The notes under the pieces are model-generated. The model did not search any database. It had not been told where the DNA came from and was given only the letters and a program-made list of their open reading frames with translations. Positions 1-13,425 of a stretch of 64,000 bases of DNA are shown here, piece after piece (within the stretch, counting starts at the first letter, position 1; each line of letters starts with the position of its first letter). This stretch comes from Octopus vulgaris (Eukaryota). The stretch spans positions 77,686,001 to 77,750,000 of the forward strand of contig OX597815.1 in NCBI GenBank assembly GCA_951406725.2. Direction: 5' to 3'. The position numbers and the translations under genes were made by a program.

Positions 1-590
1 TGGTGTGTAAGGCTGTTTTACTCACAATATATTTCTGAAATCTGAACAAATTATAGGCTACTAATCAATAAGCTGGAAGTATACCATCAGAGATGTCTGA
101 GGAAAAACATGCACATTCATTTTCAGGAGTGACCGAGGAGTGTTAGTTGTATTTGAGCAAGCCCAATATCTCCTGCATTGAAATCATGCTTTTGTAACCT
201 TAACATTGAGGAGCTGGCCATGTCATGTAAATGGCAGATCATTTATTGTCCAAACAATTGTTTTCTATTTGATTGGAGGAAACCATATGTAAGAAGGACA
301 AAGAAGAGTTTCTTTCAAAGACATGAAATAAATTTGAAATGTGGCATCATTGTATACAAGTGAAAATCATTGTCAATTAACCAACACAAGGAGAGATGCA
401 TCTACTATGATGGCACTTTGATGCAACATGAACAAACATCTCAATGACAAATGTGATCATAGCCATATGAAGCCACAAACAGTGCCTTTTTATTTCTGTG
501 AACCAACAAGAACCTGGTTCACAATGAACTTGTGGATCCTATATAGTTACATGGGCCTACATAGTTACATTCTCGTTCACAGTAGTTAAA
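1..590 (+). mobile_element. Decayed RTE (BovB-like) LINE, 3' part of ORF
   Basis: Broken-frame translation gives KLEVYHQRCLRKNMHIHF...GAGHVM.MAD...LKCGI, typical of the RTE/BovB C-terminal region; many stops and frameshifts. Confidence 0.75.
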
Positions 591-1079
591 ATTTGGTGAA
601 GAGCTTTCCTCAACTCCTAGAGGTTGCTGGTGATATATTACATAGAAAATATAACTGTCTCCTCTCAGTCTTTTTTATGACTGATATAATGATCTCTGCT
701 CCTCAGAGCTGGCTAGTCTTGTACCTTCACTCCTCAGGTATCCTTGTCCCACTTACCTTTCTATCTCTGCACCCTTGATGCATTCAGCCTCCATTTCTTT
801 CACACTAACCATTATGTCCAATCCTTCATCCCCAGAACATAATCTCCCTGGAATCTCTTCCTTGCTCATGTTTTTCCTGCTAGTGTTGACTGGCAATGTA
901 TTTTACACAGTCACCAGTCTCAAAAGCCTTCAAGTGTCATGGGTTCTGTCCTGTTCTTTAAACTTAGAAAATAAAAAAGAAATGAGTTTCTTTTGATTTG
1001 TTGGTACAGAATGTACCTTAAATCTATCATCAAAATTTCTTGATAAGCCTAGAAACATTGGAAGAAAGGGAGGAGCAGG

Positions 1080-2310
1080 GAACTATATCAGGCAGTTAAA
1101 AGAGAAGCAAGAGGTCAGGTATACTTTGCCAATGTTCTATGAGGAGAGAACCAGGTGTTAGTCCCCATTGCTAAACAATGTCTCAAATGTAACATTTTGG
1201 AAAAGTGTGTTTTGAAATGACAATGATGCACTTAACTTTCACTATTCCTGAAAAGAAAGAAGTTTGGAAATGATATTACAAGAGTTTGCTGAATTTAGAG
1301 TAAACAGTGATGTCTAATCCAAGCGACATCAACAGAGGGATCTACTTTTGACATATGAATGATTGAAAGCACAGTTAAAGAGATAAAAAGAGAGCAGGTG
1401 GTTCATCAAGAATAGTCACTGAGATACTAAAAATATTTGATGAAGTAGAACATGCACTGTACACTTGCATAGTTAGTCAAGTAGCATAGAAGTATCATCA
1501 TCATCATTATCATCTGCAACAAGGATGAAAGAAATTCTCCAGAAACAAACATCTGCATAAGTATCAAACCAAGATAGGAATGTAACAGAAAGAATATTAG
1601 CACAGTTTATTAGAAGAGAATCAGTTTAGATGAGATGTAATTTGGATTTCTGTGAAGACAGGATGCTACTGACGTTTTGCCCTTATCAAATGTTTGTGAA
1701 GTCTTTTTGCCTCCTCATCCTTTGAAAATACAAAATAGAATTTGCATTCATAAAATTTATCTTTCTTCATCTTAGTTTTGGAGAAATCTAAAAAAAGTTT
1801 GATGTCATCTTAATTTTGTTAAAAACCAGTAATCAGTTCCACTTGCTTTTCAATTCTCATAACTTCCTGCTATGAGAAATACTGCCCTGGGCTATAACAG
1901 AGGAATTTAAGACAGACTGTCTGTATGAACTTTAATATGTCCATGACCTAGTTGTCACATCTTTGCTGAAAATTTGCTCAAGAAATTCTAAATATGAAAG
2001 GAAAACCGATATTTGAAACTTCAAAGTAAATCTAGCAAAGACCTAAGTTTTAGTTAGCAGAAAAGAAGACAATAAGTGACCATACTTAATATGCAGAAAA
2101 ACAGTTGGTAAGAAATCTGTATGGTGTTTTCAGTGTATGCTTTGGTGCACGAAAGGTGTGATAGAATTGCAAACTAACTAGCAGAGAAAGAAACACTGCA
2201 AAGTAGTAGATGCATAGCTGCAATTAGCAGTAACTACAAGTCTGAAGTAAATTATTTCAGATGCTCAGAAGACTCACGAAAAGTAGTTGATACTACCTCA
2301 TACCACCATC
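1080..2310 (+). mobile_element. Decayed RTE LINE, RT region
   Basis: Remnant motifs EKKEVWK.YYKSLLN, LDEM.FGF, ITEEFKTDCLYEL.YVHDLVV (YADD-like), KVNLAKT.VLV and a Cys-rich CRK.VG..S.WCFQC.LW knuckle. Confidence 0.75.
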
Positions 2311-3039
2311 CATCCATTTTCACCACCCACTATTCCTGGGAAGGTTGTTGGGGTAGAGTCCTCTGGCACTGCTTCCATGGGGTCCTACCAAAAGCAACCA
2401 TCATTACATTTTCTGGCTTGATTTCCGTGTGTGACCAGCTGAGATTCTTCTTGTCTTGTAACAGCATTCTCTTGGAAGGGGTTAAACCAGCTCCTATTGA
2501 GTTCACCATGGTTGTGAGTTCATAGGAGTTTCAAGGGATGATCAGAGTTCATGAAAACAGTTCCCATCTGTATTTGTAAGCCACCATACATGACCAGTGG
2601 CAGGTTGTTCTTGTGTTATGCCTTCTCGCTGCAGGATGCCCACAAGTGAAATCCAATACCATCAGGAACTAGACAGATTCTGGAACAGGTGCCACCTAGA
2701 ATTCACCATTACCCTCCAGTTAGCCAGGTTGTGGCCCTGGCACTACTGATGTCAGACCTGTCTGCCTTCAGTGGCCCTTCCAGTGGCTTGAAGCTTCTGA
2801 CAGCATAGCTCTGACATTCACTCATTTAACCTTTCCACCACAATGAGTCAAGGGTTGGACTTTGAGGAAGAACCAGCTGAGATAATAGATATTATCTAAT
2901 CAGCTCAGTCCCTTAGGTATCCTACCTATTGACTCGGTTTGAAGAATCCATCATGCAGTTCTTTCCTGCAATGTTCTAATCACATGCCACTTATCTAACT
3001 GACTTAAATGGCAATTGCAATACATGTTCTGAAGGCATA

Positions 3040-3380
3040 GCAGCCAGTGTTCAGGAGACATGCTTCATTATTCCATGATATGTGTAATGTTAGTGTATGG
3101 TGATCAATGAAACACAAATGAGAAGACAGAAAAACTGGATGTAAGAGGGTGGTTGTGTAATGTGTATGGAAGTTGATAGTAGAGTGAAGAAGTACCAAGC
3201 AATCTAAATGGAGAGAACCCTAGAACATGAGAAGGAATAATAGAAGTTAGTCTTATAATGCTGAATCTCAAAAAGATGACCAGTGATTGTGACAAAAGGA
3301 GAGAAGGTATGATGGGGGGGGGTGATCCAACTGACTCAAGAAAACAATGGAAAACAGACATAAATAATGATGATGATATA
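3040..3380 (+). mobile_element. RTE LINE 3' end, probably continuing the 1080-2310 copy
   Basis: Antisense-similar to the RTE piece at 3635-4110; ends in ATGGAAAACAGACATAAATAATGATGATGAT, the RTE-type tail. Confidence 0.6.
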
Positions 3381-3389
3381 TGATATATT

Positions 3390-3630
3390 GTGTCCTCATC
3401 ATTTAATGTCAGTTTTCCATGCTGGCATGGGTTGGACAGCTTGACAGCAGCTGGTAAGGCTGGGGGCCATACCAAGCTCCATTGTCTGTTCTGGCATGGT
3501 TTCAATGGCTTGATGCCCTTCCTTAATGCCAGCCACTTTACAAAGTGTACTGGGTGCTTTTTATGTGGTACTGGCACCAGTACTTCTTCGGTGACACCAG
3601 CACCAGTGCTTTTTATGTGCCACAAACACC
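3390..3630 (-). mobile_element. RTE-tailed SINE (family B)
   Basis: Reverse complement of GGAAGGGCATC...CCAACCCATGCCAGCATGGAAAA...(TGA)n, a motif repeated many times in the window. Confidence 0.8.
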
Positions 3631-3634
3631 AATA

Positions 3635-4110
3635 TCAATTCAATTGTAGTGGACAGGTCTTCTTGAGCACAGCAATGCACCATATATCTCTATCCTTTGT
3701 CATCTCCCTTGCAAGACTCAGCATTCTGCGATCAGACTTCAGTACTTCATCCCATGTCTTCGTGGATTCCACTCTTCCAACATCCATTTTAAGTGATTGG
3801 CAACTGTCAACATCCATATGCATCACATTATAAAACCAACACAGTCTTCTCTCTTGTACACTGCATCTAGTTCCTCTTATGCCTAACTTCTCTCTCAATA
3901 CACTAGTGCTCTGTTGCACATGTATGCTGTCAGTGCACACCCAGTGGAGCATACTAGCTTCATTCCTCTCTAACCTTCACATGTTCTCTGCATTCAGGGC
4001 TGATGTCTCACTACCACACATCATACAATGTTCCTTTCACTTGAAGAGAGAGATCTTTGGTTGCCAAGAGGTAAAAGCTCTCTGGATTTTTTCCATCTTA
4101 CTCTTGCTAC
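3635..4110 (-). mobile_element. RTE LINE 3' fragment
   Basis: ORF 3635-3952 LREKLGIRGTRCSVQERRLCWF...KTWDEVLKSD...DRDIW matches the RTE C-terminus. Confidence 0.8.
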
Positions 4111-4169
4111 TATGAGTTTTACCTGTGGCTACATGAGGTCTTCAGGTAAATTATGACTGAAATAATTAT

Positions 4170-4615
4170 GGAGACATGACTATGTGGTTAGAGATTTGCT
4201 TCCCAACCATATGATTCTGGGTTTAGTCCCACTGTGGCCATGTATCCTCTACTATAGCACTGGTGTTATGAGTGCATTTGGTAGACAGGAACTGAAAGAT
4301 GCCTGTTGTGTGTGTGCATATACCTATATATATATGGTATATATGTATATATACATACATATGTTTTTATTTATATAGTTATGTATATATTTGTGTGTAT
4401 ATCTTTGTATTTGTGTTTGTCTCTCAACACTACTTGACAGCTAGTGCTGATTTATCTACCTGTAACTTAGTGGTTCAGCAAAAAGAGCCCGATAGAATAA
4501 GCACCAGACTTAGAAAAAAAAAAAGAAATGTACTGGGATTGACTTGTCCAGCTCAACCCTTCAAAGTGGTGCCCTGGCATAGCTGCAGTCCAATAACTGA
4601 AACAAGTAAAAAATA
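4170..4615 (+). mobile_element. tRNA-headed SINE (family A)
   Basis: Degenerate A/B boxes, internal (TA/TG)n, tail GACTGAAACAAGTAAAA shared with more than 20 copies or fragments in the window. Confidence 0.8.
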
Positions 4616-5477
4616 ATGATAAAAGATGTATTAAAAAAGTGAATAATTGGATGTACAACCATTTTAATGTCACTGATTCAGTGCTCACTTATTTGATATC
4701 AGATGTTTTCCCCCTCCTCTGTTTTTATGTTTGAGGAGAGGGAAGTTGTTTATGTCAGTTGTATTCAATTAATAGTTTATAATCTCTCTCTCTCTCTTTC
4801 TCTCTCTCTCACTCTGTCTATCTGTACATGTGCATATGTATGTGTATTGTTGTCAAAAGTAGGCTGAATGTCCAGTCAACTGTGCCAAGTCATCAGTGTC
4901 CAAACAGCAGCATCAAATGTCTCATTCTGTATGTATGTGTTACAGAAAGGCATGGTCCTCCAATCTATTGGATCCTGTCAAACTGTCCAACTCTGTCAAA
5001 CTCTCTTCCACACTGACAGTGTGGGAATGACTGGCATGAAATGATGATGTATGTCCATCCCATAGTATACAAAAGTAGTTGTAAATATAGTACTGCTGCT
5101 GATTTGTGTGTTTGTTTGACTCCGGTACTTGACAGGCAGTCATTGACCTGGAAAGTAAGAGAAGGCATGCAGTTAAATATTATAAGATATTTTATGAAAT
5201 GCTCTACTGATTCTGCTATCAAGAGATTAGTTTATATCAGAACAGAAATAGTTTTGTTCTTAGAGCAAAAATAGTTTTGTTCATTCTCTATATGATATGG
5301 AATGTCACTCATCATCATTATCACCACCATTATCATCTTTACATTCTCATTCCCATGCATGAGTTGGAGTGATGTCAACATACCTTGTTTCCAGTCATAG
5401 CTCTTTGTTATCTGCTTGATGCAGAAGTAGCAGACAGATTTGAAATTTCCTTCAAATCACCAATAATATCCCTATCT

Positions 5478-6085
5478 TATCTGCAGTATCACTAGATCAT
5501 TTGCAGTATCAGCATATCATGTGGAGTATTGTCATATTATCTGAAATATCAGTGTATTATCTGGAATATTAGTATAGTGGAATATTGCCACTTCATCTGC
5601 AGTGTTGCCACTTCACCTGCAGTATCATTAGTTCATATGGAGTATTGTTATTTTGTCTGGAGTATCATCACTTTGTCTGTGGTATCATTAGTTCATCTGT
5701 GGTATTGTCAATTTAATTGGACTATCATTATTTCATCTGGAATATTGTTAATTTAGTTGTGATATCATTAATTTGTCAACAGTTGGGGTTCCCAACTATG
5801 AGGCTGTGTGAATCATTTGGTACCACAGGAAGAATAAATTTTTAAAATATTTTATTTCATTAACTATCACAATTTGCTGGTTGTTTTTGCATTGTATGTG
5901 TATTATATGTGTAATAATTAAATTATATATTATGTACTTTATTGTGTTTTGTTATGTGTATGATTTTCTGATCTGTGGAAAAATTGTCTTGCATGAAACC
6001 AGTCCATGGTGCAAAAAAAAAAAAAGATGGTTTGGGACTGTTGGATTATGGTGTCATTAGTGTCTGGAGTGTCACCAATTAATCT
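5478..6085. repeat. Degenerate ~20-bp minisatellite interrupted by a MITE
   Basis: Recurrent ATCTG(C/G)AGTATCA unit about every 20 bp, resuming after 6043. Confidence 0.7.
5780..6043 (+). mobile_element. hAT Charlie/MER1-like MITE
   Basis: Starts CAG..GGGGTTCCCAAC; ends TGGAAAAATTGTCTTGCATGAAACCAGTCCATGGTGCAAAAA..GGTTTGGGACTGTTG, resembling the MER1/Charlie3 right end as I recall it. Confidence 0.75.
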
Positions 6086-7211
6086 GAAAAAATCAGAAGA
6101 TTATTAGATTTTTATTAATTTGAACCAATGACAGAGCTAGATACTTATTGAACTGATGTCAGTCTTCCTTCACCCCACTCATCAAAAGACAAACAAACAA
6201 ATGTTCACATAATCTTTAAAGTAGAATCTGTATATTTGATGTTCTAAATATTAGGTTACTATCCAATAAAGGCAAGATGATCTTGGTAACAAAATGTTTA
6301 ATAAATATTTAATTCTATCAGTTACCTTTATACTGAGTCACATCAAGCAGAGTTAGCTTGTAATACAGCAGCAGAAATAATTTCTGATACTTTAGAAGAG
6401 AATTAGTAAAGAAGAGATATACTGAACTTAAAAATCTGTTCAAGTCTGTGTGTTTGAAGTTTTGTATCTGTTCTTTTACTGTCAAGTATTGGATTTTACA
6501 CAGTTCAGTATTTAAATGAAAAGGAATGATAATGCTATTATTTAGAACTGAGAGAGAAAGAGAGAGTTAGTGAAAATAATGACAAAATATTGGATAATAT
6601 TGGATATTTCCATATATCATTGAAGAAAGAATGTCAGAAAAATCATTACTTATTGATAGATAACTGTTTCTACTCATTATTTAGGAATTTGTTGAAAAAT
6701 TAAGTTAAGTAAAAAAAAAAAAAAACAAAGAAAGACCCTCAAATGAAATACCAAAATATCAGAGCATGCATTTCTTCCACAAATAAATGGAAGTTGAGTC
6801 TTGGTGAAAGGAAATTAACTTGTCTTTTAAAAGAACCAGGTGAAATGATGAAAAAGAAACATTAAATTGTGATGTGAGAGGGGAAAAAATGGTGTCATTT
6901 TGTTGGAAAATGTTTTGTAACTGACATATTTTAGAATTACACACCCACTGCAGTTATATTTCAGTAAGGCATTTGCTTAGAAATAATCTTATCTGTTAAT
7001 TAAATATCAATATCAATAATAATCTCACAGATTCCTTACAGCTCTTTTCAGAAAAAAGGGAAAAAAGTTAAATTGACAATTGATATTCTCAGTCATATTT
7101 CAAATTGATTTTAGTTATGTGAAAAATTTTCGTAAAAATTTTGAAAGCTATAGGAATTTCAAAATCTTCTAAAAAGTTTATATTTTTTGTTTTGTTTAGT
7201 TTTCTCTTCAG

Positions 7212-7225
7212 GAATAGCAGAAATG
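7212..7225 (+). other. Candidate 14-nt microexon
   Basis: TTTTTTGTTTTGTTTAGTTTCTCTTCAG|GAATAGCAGAAATG|GTAAGG: strong acceptor and donor. Confidence 0.3.
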
Positions 7226-7304
7226 GTAAGGAAAGCAAAAAAAAAAATGCTTTCTTTCTAAATATGATACTCTTTTAAATTATTTTTAAACATATAGATG
7301 CAGG

Positions 7305-7720
7305 TATGCAAATATTGCTGTGTAGTTAAGAAGTACACTTTGTAACCTTGAGGTTTCAGGTTCAGTCCCTTTACACAGAACATTGAGCAACTGTCTTCTA
7401 TTATAGCCCCAGGCCAACTAATGCTTTGTGAGTGAATTTAGTTGACAGAAACTGTGTGAAAGACCATCATACAAACATTACAAACATTGTGTGTGTGTGT
7501 GTGTGTGTGTCTTTATAGTTGTGTTTTTCCTTCACCTCACTGCTCAATGACCAGTGTTGGTTTGTTTACATCCCTATAACTTAATAACTGAGCTATAGAG
7601 ACCAATAGAACAAGTACCAGATTTTAAAAGTAAGTACTTGGGTTGATTTAGTCAACTAAAACTCTTTAGAATGGTGCCTTGAAGTGTTTTAGTAAATTTT
7701 ATTGAAGTAAGTAAAAGATA
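7305..7720 (+). mobile_element. SINE family A
   Basis: GGTTCAGTCCC B-box-like motif, TGTCTTCTATTATAGCC body, internal (TG)n. Confidence 0.8.
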
Positions 7721-7789
7721 GAAGAAAATGTTACTGGAAAATTCTTTGTATGGAAAGCTTTGAGTTAAGTGTGGGTTAAGAGATATAAA

Positions 7790-8646
7790 GCTTTCTTCAA
7801 AGCTTGGTTCAAATGCTCTAATTGCTGACAGTAGACTTGAGCATTGATTGTTGCATTAGGTGGTAACACTTCAAAGTGAATTACTCCCTTGCAATCCCAC
7901 CAGATAGAGAGAAGAACTTTTTTCCCTTGAAGTTCCCTTCACGGTTCTGGTCGAGCGTTTTCCCTTTTAGCAAGCCATTGTTTATGATGTTTAACATTTC
8001 AATAGAAGATCTATTTTTTGTCACCAGTCACAAGTCTATTAAAAAAAGGGTGAAATGAGTTCGTGAGAATGGAAGGAAGAGCAGATGTCAACTCAGGATT
8101 TGCAGTTGCTTTCGGACAATTCATGAGGCACCCATTTTCCAAGTTTAGGAACCTTTCCAAGTTGTTGAAGATGACAATGAACAGTTGTATGATTTGAACT
8201 AAGCTTTATTGCCAATTCTTCAACTGATAATGCAGGATTTTCTTCAAGTAATGCCTCAAGATTGGACGTCCTGTTCGATCTTCATCTTCAAGGCTGAAAT
8301 CTCCACTTCTGAATTTTGCAAACCATCTTCTGCAAGTTTTTTCATTCAAGCATTCTTTCCCATAAACTGAGTGTATATTTCGAGTCTCTTTGGCTGCAGA
8401 GTTTCCTTTTTTGTACTCATAAAGCATTATGTGCTTTAAATGCTCTTTGGATACTTCCATGTTAGAAAGGCTTTTAATCAAAGAAATTCTAATTCTATTA
8501 TTCTGTAAAATAATATTTAATTAGTTTAAATGTACACAAATGCATAAAAATAATTTCTAATTCCATTAGACATTCTAAAATACTATTAAATTTCACTCAA
8601 TTTTAAAAAAGGTAAAATTGGACAAAACTTATGGGATGACCTAATA
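7790..8646 (-). mobile_element. Mariner transposon relic (3'-truncated)
   Basis: ORF 8206-8481 HIMLYEYKKGNSA...CRRWFAKFRSGDFSLEDEDRTGRP (HTH); KWVPHEL at ~8118-8137; VTGD at ~8020; TIR-like GGACAAAACTTATGGGATGACCTAATA at the right end. Confidence 0.92.
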
Positions 8647-10468
8647 AAATGTGTCCAATCCATGCAAGCATGGAAAAGTAAACATTAAAAACAGCCTTAG
8701 AAAAATAACTGAATATTATTTGGGAATATAAAAATAAAATGCTTCTACCTTGACTACAAATCATTTATATATAAACGATAAATACAACATATAGTGCAAA
8801 ATGAAACATAAATCATAATTACTGCTAAATTGACTTTTATAATTAGATGCGAATAAATAGAATATAAGAACATGCTCCAATGAAATTCATAAATCACAAA
8901 CACTAATATATGTGACAAAAAAAAAAATCAAAAACAAAAACACACTCACAAATAAATGTTTACCAATAAACTTATATAAATAATTAAATACTAATTTCTG
9001 ATGCTGTTAAACAGGTTACAAAATAGTTTAACACTAGTTAATAAGCAAATTAAAATGCTTGTATCTAGTACACAAAACACAAATAATTGTATAAACCTTA
9101 AACATGATATATAATATGAAATGCAGCATAAACATAGTTATTAGTAAATTATCTAATATAAATTATATACTAATAAATAATCTAAGAAACTTACTGTGAC
9201 AGACTCATAAATCTTAAGTACTAGCATATAAAATGAAAGACTATAATCTACTAATAATTCATTTTTAATTTAATAATGAGTGTATATATGGATGTAAATG
9301 TGTATATATGTGTGCTTCTCTGTGTTTGTATGTCACTGCTTAACAACTGATGATGGTGTATTTGTGTTCATGCAACATTATGATTCAGCAAAAAAGAAGA
9401 TTGATATAAATGTTGGACTTAAAAAAAAAAAGGAAAAAAATATGTTCTGGTGGCAATTTGATTGATTAAACTTATTAAAGATGATACCCCCAGCATGGCC
9501 ACAGTTTACTGAGTGAAATAAATAAATGAGTTATATAATATATATGTATATTCACTTACTGTTTGTATACTTGGGATTACATTTTTCTATGTATCCTTTT
9601 CTAATTGTGACTTGAGGAAAATTTTGTTGCTATATATTGCAGGCCATGCAAGTGTACAGTGGTCATCTTCATTTTCTTGAATCTAACTTCAGTGCTGTTG
9701 TGTTGTCTCTGATCGGTTATAACTAAAAGCAATTATGTCATTCAAGTCATAACAGTCTCTTTGTATATCAGGAACTATATTGTTCTAAGTGGCCATTACT
9801 TTAGGGAAGATTTATATCTGTTATTTTCACCAGGTTGAGCAACATTAGAATTGTGTCACATGCATGTGTCTGTGTTTACCAAACCCTAACATGTCCGGTT
9901 TAGTGTTAAAAAGTCAGTTTGCAAAACTACATCAGTTCTATTATCTCTGTAAGTTTATAAATCCAGGCATAGCTGTATGGTTAAGAAGTTTCCTTCCCAG
10001 TTATATGGTCTTAGGTTTAGTGTCTTTTACTATAGCCCCAGGCCGACCAAACCCTTATAAGTGGATTTGATTGATGGAAACTGGAGGACCATCATTTACA
10101 TACATACTCCTCCCCCCCTCTCTCACACACACACATGATTTGAGGGAACATTAGACTTGGTATCTAAAGGTCTCTAGCTCAATTCCATTTTGACATGAAG
10201 GTTGTACTTTGTTCTTGATATTTTTAAAAATAACAGTTTCTATTGTTTGACCCAGGGAGGGTTGTAGAAGGGTATCTTTTGATCACATACATACATATTA
10301 ACACATATTTATCATTATAATAAAATAAACATTATCTTAAGTATTTCTCATGTGGATGGTTTTTCTGATCAGGTCTGGTTTTCTCTGCCAACAAGCCTAC
10401 AGTCTTGTACATTTACTTAGTGATTCTCTCAACTCTCTTTTGGCAACTATGTTAAAATCTGTGCTTCA

Positions 10469-10495
10469 CTGATGATGGCATGATAAGACCAAAAC
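10469..10495 (+). other. Degenerate minimal hammerhead-like motif
   Basis: CTGATGA-TGG...CC-AAAAC; GAAA appears as AAAA, consistent with CpG decay. Confidence 0.3.
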
Positions 10496-11534
10496 ACACC
10501 TCTCTCTCACACTGACAGAATTAAAATAATTCCCTGCATTAAATTTATTTACACCAACTTAATTAAGGATTTTAATTTACCATGTTGAGATTCAATTGAT
10601 AATTCCATAAAGATTTTAACCCTAATTTCTATGCAATTGTATAGATATTTATTTTATCTTTATTTGTTTTATATTTTTTTTACCTTTGTTGAAATCTTGT
10701 TTTTTTTTTTCATAGTTATTAATACTTATTGATAGTATTTACTTAGAATGTAGGTTACTATTTAATACCACATTCTTGATAGCTTACAGGCTTGTGTGTC
10801 TTTTATTTGTAATGTATTGAGTTACTATCTATCTCTAGACCTCGAATTATCAAGATAGCTATACAATGATATAATGTTAATGCTGCTATTTTATGGCAAG
10901 CAGGTCTCCTTATCTGTATTTATATCAGAGATTTTGTCATGTCTCCATGTTTCTAGTGACATGTATTGTATCACCGATTGATGATATTCAACAGACTTAT
11001 TCTCTGATCTCTGAATCCCCAAATCACATGCTGACCTTCTTGTATGAATAATCACTCCACATATGCATTCATATCTCTTCAAAATAAATGAAACATTGAT
11101 CCTACAAAAGAATGTCAGAATTGATTTTTTTTCCCTTTGTCTCCTTACTTATAATTTCTCTCAGTGAAAGATGGTCAGCATGGTACTTTGAAGATTATAA
11201 AAAATAAGATGGGTGAGAGTGGGTTGATAAATCAGATTTTTTTTGTGTTTATTTATTGAACACAAGGAAAATGTTTGTATTAGTTCTGTTGCTGTGAAAA
11301 CTAGAAGCATAACTATACCTGGCTAAGAAGTTTGTTTCACAAATGTAATTGTGTGTTCAATTCATGAATATCTTGGTCAATCAAGTGTATTCTACAACAG
11401 CATTTGGTTGACCAGTGTCTTCTCAGTGGAGTTTAGTAGACAAACTATGTGTGTGGGTGTATTATTATCTCCTTGTCTTGTGTTATTGTCTCCTTGTCTT
11501 GACATCATATTGTAGATGGAAACAATATCACTGA

Positions 11535-11752
11535 CACATAAAAGGCACCTGAGCCAGTGACACGTAAAAGGCACCCATGCTGGTGCCATGTAAAAAGCAC
11601 CCTGTACACTCTGTAAAGTGGTTGGTGTTAGGAAGGGCATCTGGCTGTAGAAACCAAGCCAAAACAAATGACTGGAACCTGGTGCAGCTCTCTGGCTTAC
11701 AAGCCCCAGTCAAACCAGTCAAGCATGGAAAATAGACATCAAATGATGATGA
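11535..11752 (+). mobile_element. SINE family B
   Basis: GTAAAAAGCACCC...GGAAGGGCATCTGGCTGTAGAAA...AGCATGGAAAATAGACATCAAATGATGATGA. Confidence 0.85.
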
Positions 11753-11914
11753 AAGGTAGCATATTTCAACAGAAATATGGGGTAAGTATAGCATCCAGCC
11801 TGTCTTTAGCCACCACTTTTTTTTACCCCAAATCAATCTTCAGTACCTCTTTCCTACAACTTTGTGTCCTTGCGTCAATGTGAGAAATCACCATGGTAGA
11901 GTAGAGGTACCTGC

Positions 11915-12295
11915 ATGGCATCTTGGGTAAGTGTCTTCTACTATAGCCCTAAGCTAACCAAAGCCTTATAGGTGGATTTGATAGGCGGAAACTGAAAGAA
12001 GCCTGTTGTGTGTGTATGTTTCTCTCTTTCTTTCTCTTTGACTTGATATTGTGTGATAGTTGTAAATGAGTGTCACCATCATACATGCTGTGTCATTCGT
12101 TTCCAGTCTTCCATGAAAACATGGCTGCTGATAGGGAAGTATTATGTCGACTGAGAACAGTTGAGTGTTGTAGGTGACAAGAAGGGGGTTTCAACTTTAG
12201 AAAAATCTGTCCCAATGAATTCCATTTGACCCATATAAGCATGGAAAAGTGGACATTAAAACAATGATGATAATGACGATGATGACAATGACGAC
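11915..12295 (+). mobile_element. Family A head and body with RTE-type tail (chimeric SINE)
   Basis: CTTGGGTAAGTGTCTTCTACTATAGCC body followed by AGCATGGAAAAGTGGACATTAAA tail; same layout at 42832-43235. Confidence 0.75.
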
Positions 12296-13425
12296 GATCT
12301 ATGTTAGAAATCAATATGTAATATCATGGTGTAGAGTTTTAATTGCGTATGGTTGTCAATCCTCCTAATTATGATAAAATAAGTATTAGTAATTTACTAA
12401 TGTTGACTTAATTGACTAATTGCCTCTCCTCTAAGAACTGCCTGCTGTTCTAAATAAGAAGAGATCAATTATCATCAATCTATAAGATGATTGACTTTTT
12501 GTTAAATAACTCTGGTCAGAGCTCTGACATAAAAATAAACAAATGTTCAGTATTATTATTGCTACTGTTTGGTCCCAGGTCAACCCAGACTTATAATCAA
12601 AGGCATTCCAGCCATGATCTACTCATCAGATATTTTTTCTTATATCAGGTACTGTACTGACTTATGTATCCTTGCGTATTTTGAGACAGTAGGGTGTAAT
12701 TGGAGGCAGATTTGGTTGGTATTCCTAGCAGGTTGAGCAACTGCACATAAGCTCCCTTGGTTTATGCTCTATAATAACCCTAAGATAGAATATTCAGGAT
12801 TTTCGAATACATAATATCCAGCAGATAATTAACATCATTATTTTAACATCCACTTTTCTATGCTTGTATGGGTTAAATGAGATATGTCAAGGCAGATTTT
12901 GTATGACCAGATGCCTTTCTTGTCATCAACCCTTATGCATTCCAAGAAAGATAGATATTTTCCCATGGCCAGATATGTTTTTCATGGAAGACTGAAAATG
13001 AACAAGACCACTTGTAAGATGGTGACACTTAGTTACAACACTCGCACAATGTCAAGTCAAAGAGACGCAAACACATACTCTCACTCTCTCTCTCTCTCTC
13101 TCTCATATATACCCATTCATGGTGAAATAAACATCAGAAATGCTTTGCCCCATGCAAAAACTGCAGGAACTACTCAAAAGTTTTGCAAGCTCTTCTAAAT
13201 TCATTGCAGTGTTGGAGACCCTTCCCTGTCATCAGCAAGTATCTCAGGATTACCAGTGGTTCACCCCTTAGTCTATATGAACAGCTTCTTTCAGTTTCCA
13301 TATACCAAATCCACTCACAAGGTTTTGTTTATTCTGGGATAATAGTAGAAAATACTTGCCATGCTGTGGGAGCTTGAAACCACATGGTTGGGAAATGAAC
13401 TTCTTAACCATGTCTTCACTTTTAA

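Noticed and set aside
2330-2870. GC-richer block as an exon
   Set aside because: No open frame of 60 codons in the ORF track, and it sits between RTE fragments; likely another TE relic that I could not classify.
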